Assembly: GCA_016235455.1 (NCBI GenBank)
Contig: JACRKZ010000110.1
Location: forward strand, 1-39,675
Direction of reading: 5' to 3'
Origin: Armatimonadota bacterium
GTDB taxonomy: Bacteria; Armatimonadota; UBA10988
Length of the DNA stretch: 39,675 nucleotides
Part shown: piece by piece, positions 36,627-39,675 of the stretch
Position numbering within the stretch: the stretch's first letter is position 1
Layout: every line of letters starts with the position of its first letter
Made by a program: the position numbers and the translations under genes
Notes under the pieces: model-generated
Seen by the model: only the letters and a program-made list of their open reading frames with translations
Told to the model about the DNA's origin: nothing
Databases searched by the model: none

Positions 36627-37427
36627 ATGGCAATCGGAACGACGCAGCCCCTGGTCGACGTGCAGTCCAGCCACGATCATCGAGACATCGACATCACCAA
36701 GGTGGGCATCCGCAAACTGCGCTACCCCATCGAGCTGGCCACGCGTGACAACGGTCCGCAGCAGACCACGGCCATGGTCAACATGTACGTCAGTCTGGAC
36801 CGCTCGTTCAAGGGCACGCACATGAGCCGCTTCGTGGAGATCCTCAACGAGCACCGCGCGGCGCTCGACATCCACGATCTGCGCTACCTGCTGGCCGATA
36901 TGAAGAAGCGGCTCGACGCTGGTGACGCCCACATCGAGTTGACCTTCCCGTTCTTCATCGACCGGGCCGCGCCGGTCACCGGACAGAAGGGGCTGATGGC
37001 CTACGACTGCCAGGTCGCCGCCGAACTCGACCACAACAACAAGGCCACCACCTGCTTCGGTGTCAGTGTGCCGGTGACCACGCTCTGCCCCTGCTCCAAG
37101 GAGATGAGCGACTACGGCGCGCACAACCAGCGCAGCATCGTCAGCGTCAGCTGGCGGTGCACCGAGAGCATCTGGCTGGAAGACATGATCGAGCTGGTCG
37201 AAAGCCAGGGCAGTTCGCCGATCTACTCGCTGCTCAAGCGGCCCGACGAGAAGTGGGTCACCGAGCGCGCCTACGACCACCCCAAGTTCGTCGAGGACAT
37301 GGTCCGCGACATCACCGCCGAACTGCGCCGCGACGAGCGCGTGGTCTGGTTCCGTGTGGAGAGCGAAAACGAGGAGAGCATCCACACGCACAACGCCTAT
37401 GCGCTGATCGAGGAAGAGCGGGGCTGA
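36627..37427 (+). CDS. folE2: GTP cyclohydrolase I type IB
   Basis: KGTHMSRF, TTLCPCSK, GAHNQR, LKRPDEK, FVED, ESIHTHNAYA; start ATG 36627. Confidence 0.97.
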   Translation: MAIGTTQPLVDVQSSHDHRDIDITKVGIRKLRYPIELATRDNGPQQTTAMVNMYVSLDRSFKGTHMSRFVEILNEHRAALDIHDLRYLLADMKKRLDAGDAHIELTFPFFIDRAAPVTGQKGLMAYDCQVAAELDHNNKATTCFGVSVPVTTLCPCSKEMSDYGAHNQRSIVSVSWRCTESIWLEDMIELVESQGSSPIYSLLKRPDEKWVTERAYDHPKFVEDMVRDITAELRRDERVVWFRVESENEESIHTHNAYALIEEERG

Positions 37428-37496
37428 GCGGTCAGCCGGCCCGGCCCGGTCGTCCCGGCGCGCCAGGCCGCCAAACGTCGGGCCGGGACCAGTTGG

Positions 37497-37970
37497 CTAC
37501 CGCCGCCCGGCTCGCACCAACTCCGCGGCCTGCCGGTAGGGCTCGGGCACGTCTGCCAAGGTCAGACCGTGGGCCTCTGCCCACGCCTCGTAGGCGATCA
37601 GTGTTGCTCCTTGCTCGTAGCTGCGCCACAGGTCCAGAAGGTCGTGGTCGGCCAGGTAGTCCTTGAACCGTCGCCAGCGGCCACGCCCCAGCCGGTCGAT
37701 CGCGCTCGCGTGCGATGGGATCTGCTCCTCGACAAAGCGGACGACGAGCGACCAGCCCAGGTCCAGGTCGATGGGCGTGGGGACCTTGAGCCAGTCACCG
37801 CCGCGGAGGTCATCGGGTTCCTCCGCGCCGATGTCGCCGACCAGCATCGTGTCCATTTGCTCGTAGACGCGTCCGGTCACGGCGTTTACCCAGGCCCCGT
37901 GCAGGACCGCGTCCTCATATGACGCCGCCTCTATCGCACTGTCCAAGGTGTCGAAGTCGACCTCGGCCAT
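37497..37970 (-). CDS. UPF0158-family protein
   Basis: VNAVTGRV, P...DLGWSLVVRF, GRGRWRRFKDYL...W..YE pattern. Confidence 0.75.
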   Translation of the reverse strand: MAEVDFDTLDSAIEAASYEDAVLHGAWVNAVTGRVYEQMDTMLVGDIGAEEPDDLRGGDWLKVPTPIDLDLGWSLVVRFVEEQIPSHASAIDRLGRGRWRRFKDYLADHDLLDLWRSYEQGATLIAYEAWAEAHGLTLADVPEPYRQAAELVRAGRR

Positions 37971-37978
37971 GATGCAGC

Positions 37979-39082
37979 TCAATCGCTCCGACCGGCCATG
38001 ATCGCCGCGCTCACCTCGCGACCGCGGTCGACGAAGTAGCGCATCGTCTCGTAGTCCACCTCTGGCGGCTCGCTATGGTCCGAATGCAGCACGAATCCGC
38101 CGCCGTGCTCCAACACGTAGCGCATCTTGCCCAGTTCGCGGTCGATGGCCGGCCGGTCGTTGTCGATCAGCGTGCGCACATCGAGTCCGCCGTAGAAGGC
38201 GATCCTGTCGCCGAACCGGTCGAACAGCTTGTACAGGTCCATGCCGGCCTTGACTTCCATGGCCTGCAGGCAGTCCATGCCGGCCTCAATCAATCCCGGC
38301 ACCAGGGGCTCCACATAGCCGCACGAGTGCACGATGACCTTCAGACCCAGGTTGTGGGCAAACTCGAACAGCTTGGCATGACCCGGCTGGAGGATGTCGC
38401 GGTACATGCCGGGCGACATGAACGGCCGCTCCTTGAAGCCCATGTCCTCGTAGAAGAACATGCCATCGGGCAGGCCTTCCTCTTCGAACAGCACTTCCAG
38501 GTGGCGGATAGTCAGGTCGGCCAGCGTGTTGACCATATCCTGTACCCACTCGGGGTCGAGGCCCATGCCCATGAGCATGTACTCATGGCCGCAGATGGGG
38601 TGCATCTGCTCGAACGGCGCCACGCCTGACCAGGTGAAGTACCGCTGTCGCTCAGCGGCGTACTTCTTGGCGTTGCGATAGCCCTCGAATGGGATGCGGC
38701 GACGGTCGAGCTCGACCAGGAACGGCTTGATCTTGGCTTCCCAGCCGGCGCGATCCTTCACCGCGAAGTCGACATGCTCGGGCGTGCTGTCGTGCAGCTT
38801 GTGTCGCCGCAAGACCGCCCCATTGCCATCTCGCGTGAGGATGGTCTCGTCGGTCTCCTCCAGGACCTCGCCGGGGAAATCCAGGTCGGCGGTGCCGTTC
38901 AGCCAGCCGCCGCTGCACAGGTCCTGGCCAAAGTGCTGGCTGACATCCTCGCCCTGAGCCAGATGCCCTTCCCGGCGCCACCGCTCCACCGTGGCGCCCC
39001 ACGGGCTCACGGCCACGGGCACATGGTCCACCGTCCGGCGCTCCAGGGTCAACGTCATGCGTTCAATGCTGGTCAGTTCCAC
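37979..39082 (-). CDS. Uroporphyrinogen decarboxylase/MtaA-family protein
   Basis: DHVPV, EDMG...FMSP, HSCG, GMD, FYGGLD, GGFVLHSDH; GGAG RBS before GTG. Confidence 0.85.
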   Translation of the reverse strand: MELTSIERMTLTLERRTVDHVPVAVSPWGATVERWRREGHLAQGEDVSQHFGQDLCSGGWLNGTADLDFPGEVLEETDETILTRDGNGAVLRRHKLHDSTPEHVDFAVKDRAGWEAKIKPFLVELDRRRIPFEGYRNAKKYAAERQRYFTWSGVAPFEQMHPICGHEYMLMGMGLDPEWVQDMVNTLADLTIRHLEVLFEEEGLPDGMFFYEDMGFKERPFMSPGMYRDILQPGHAKLFEFAHNLGLKVIVHSCGYVEPLVPGLIEAGMDCLQAMEVKAGMDLYKLFDRFGDRIAFYGGLDVRTLIDNDRPAIDRELGKMRYVLEHGGGFVLHSDHSEPPEVDYETMRYFVDRGREVSAAIMAGRSD

Positions 39083-39199
39083 GATGACTGCTCTCCGCGA
39101 GTTGTTGCGCGCGGGCTACGCCGCCCATTCGTTGATCCCTCCTTGCCGGACAAACGTAATGGCGCAGCGCATACTGCTCACTGTCCGACGAGGGATGAC

Positions 39200-39538
39200 G
39201 TGGAGCGCTTCCTGCGCCGTGCAGCCCATGGAGCCAATCCGGCGCTCGCCCGCTTGAGCGCGCTGGCTTGGTTTGCGCTGGCCATACTGCACCCGCTCAC
39301 CCATCGCGACCTGGTACTCACCGCCAGCCCAGCACCGGTCGCCCAACTGGCGGGCCTGAGCACGGCCGACGACTGCCTGCTATGCGTGGCCTCGGCGCTG
39401 CCGGCCAGGGCCGGCACGGCGACGGCCTTGCCCTGGCCGGTCACCCTCAGTGCCGCGCCGGCACCCGATGCCCCGCGCCCGAGCGCCGTGGCCGCCACCC
39501 AACCCGCCGTTCGAGGACCTCCCCACGTGGCTCACTGA
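39200..39538 (+). CDS. DUF2946-like small protein or leader peptide (CxxC...RGPP)
   Basis: Hydrophobic N-terminal helix, H-rich patch, CLLC, Pro/Ala linker, terminal RGPP; GAGGG before GTG 39200. Confidence 0.65.
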   Translation: MERFLRRAAHGANPALARLSALAWFALAILHPLTHRDLVLTASPAPVAQLAGLSTADDCLLCVASALPARAGTATALPWPVTLSAAPAPDAPRPSAVAATQPAVRGPPHVAH

Positions 39539-39545
39539 CATCGCC

Positions 39546-39568
39546 CGCGCCGACCGGGGGTCGGCGCG
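39546..39568 (+). promoter_or_regulatory. Hairpin between the RGPP leader and the downstream gene
   Basis: CGCGCCGACC-GGG-GGTCGGCGCG. Confidence 0.5.
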
Positions 39569-39592
39569 ATCCTGCCACGCCCGGGAGTTCCC

Positions 39593-39675
39593 ATGAAGAC
39601 TTGTGGACGCCGTCCATCGACGGCTGCCTTCACGCTGATCGAGTTGCTGGTTGTCATCGCAATCATCGCCATCCT
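39593..39675 (+). CDS. Prepilin-type N-terminal cleavage/methylation domain protein (partial, runs off window)
   Basis: GGGAG RBS; MKTCGRRPSTAAFTLIELLVVIAIIAI. Confidence 0.85.
   Translation, partial: MKTCGRRPSTAAFTLIELLVVIAIIAI

Noticed and set aside
1-39675. CRISPR array, tRNA, rRNA or IS element
   Set aside because: No regularly spaced repeats, cloverleaf other than the tmRNA tRNA-like domain, rRNA sequence or transposase was recognised.

Overview
High-GC bacterial chromosomal window. The gene content (DUF5693+CsaB, URO-D-family protein, prepilin-type AFTLIELLVVIAII protein) suggests Armatimonadota, but that is inference only. From about 8.9 kb to the end it is mostly housekeeping and envelope genes: murI-GerMN-amidase, ssrA/smpB, SPOR protein, csaB/DUF5693, TPR protein, pgk, SurA/PrsA-like PPIase, metH, folE2 and others. 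The first ~8.7 kb is unusual. It holds a stripped-down HK97-type head module of only portal, prohead protease-major capsid fusion (with an internal in-frame capsid start) and a tail-tube-like protein. No terminase, head-tail connector, tape measure or integrase gene is visible in the window. The module is flanked by two polymorphic-toxin-like genes (HNH/AHH-like nuclease and zincin) that share a copper-amine-oxidase-N-like domain, a pre-toxin GDS motif and a short terminal peptide reminiscent of encapsulin cargo-loading peptides. Candidate immunity genes lie next to them (one SUKH-like, three PepSY-like paralogs). A degenerate duplicate of the tube-gene 3' end precedes the nuclease toxin. The best candidate novel system is a domesticated capsid-based toxin packaging/delivery locus; a decayed prophage is the alternative. 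Smaller findings: an ATPase-less PilB/GspE-like protein, a (GC)5 frameshifted gene, a CxxC/RGPP leader peptide and leaderless promoters. All family calls are by motif recognition; no database search was run.
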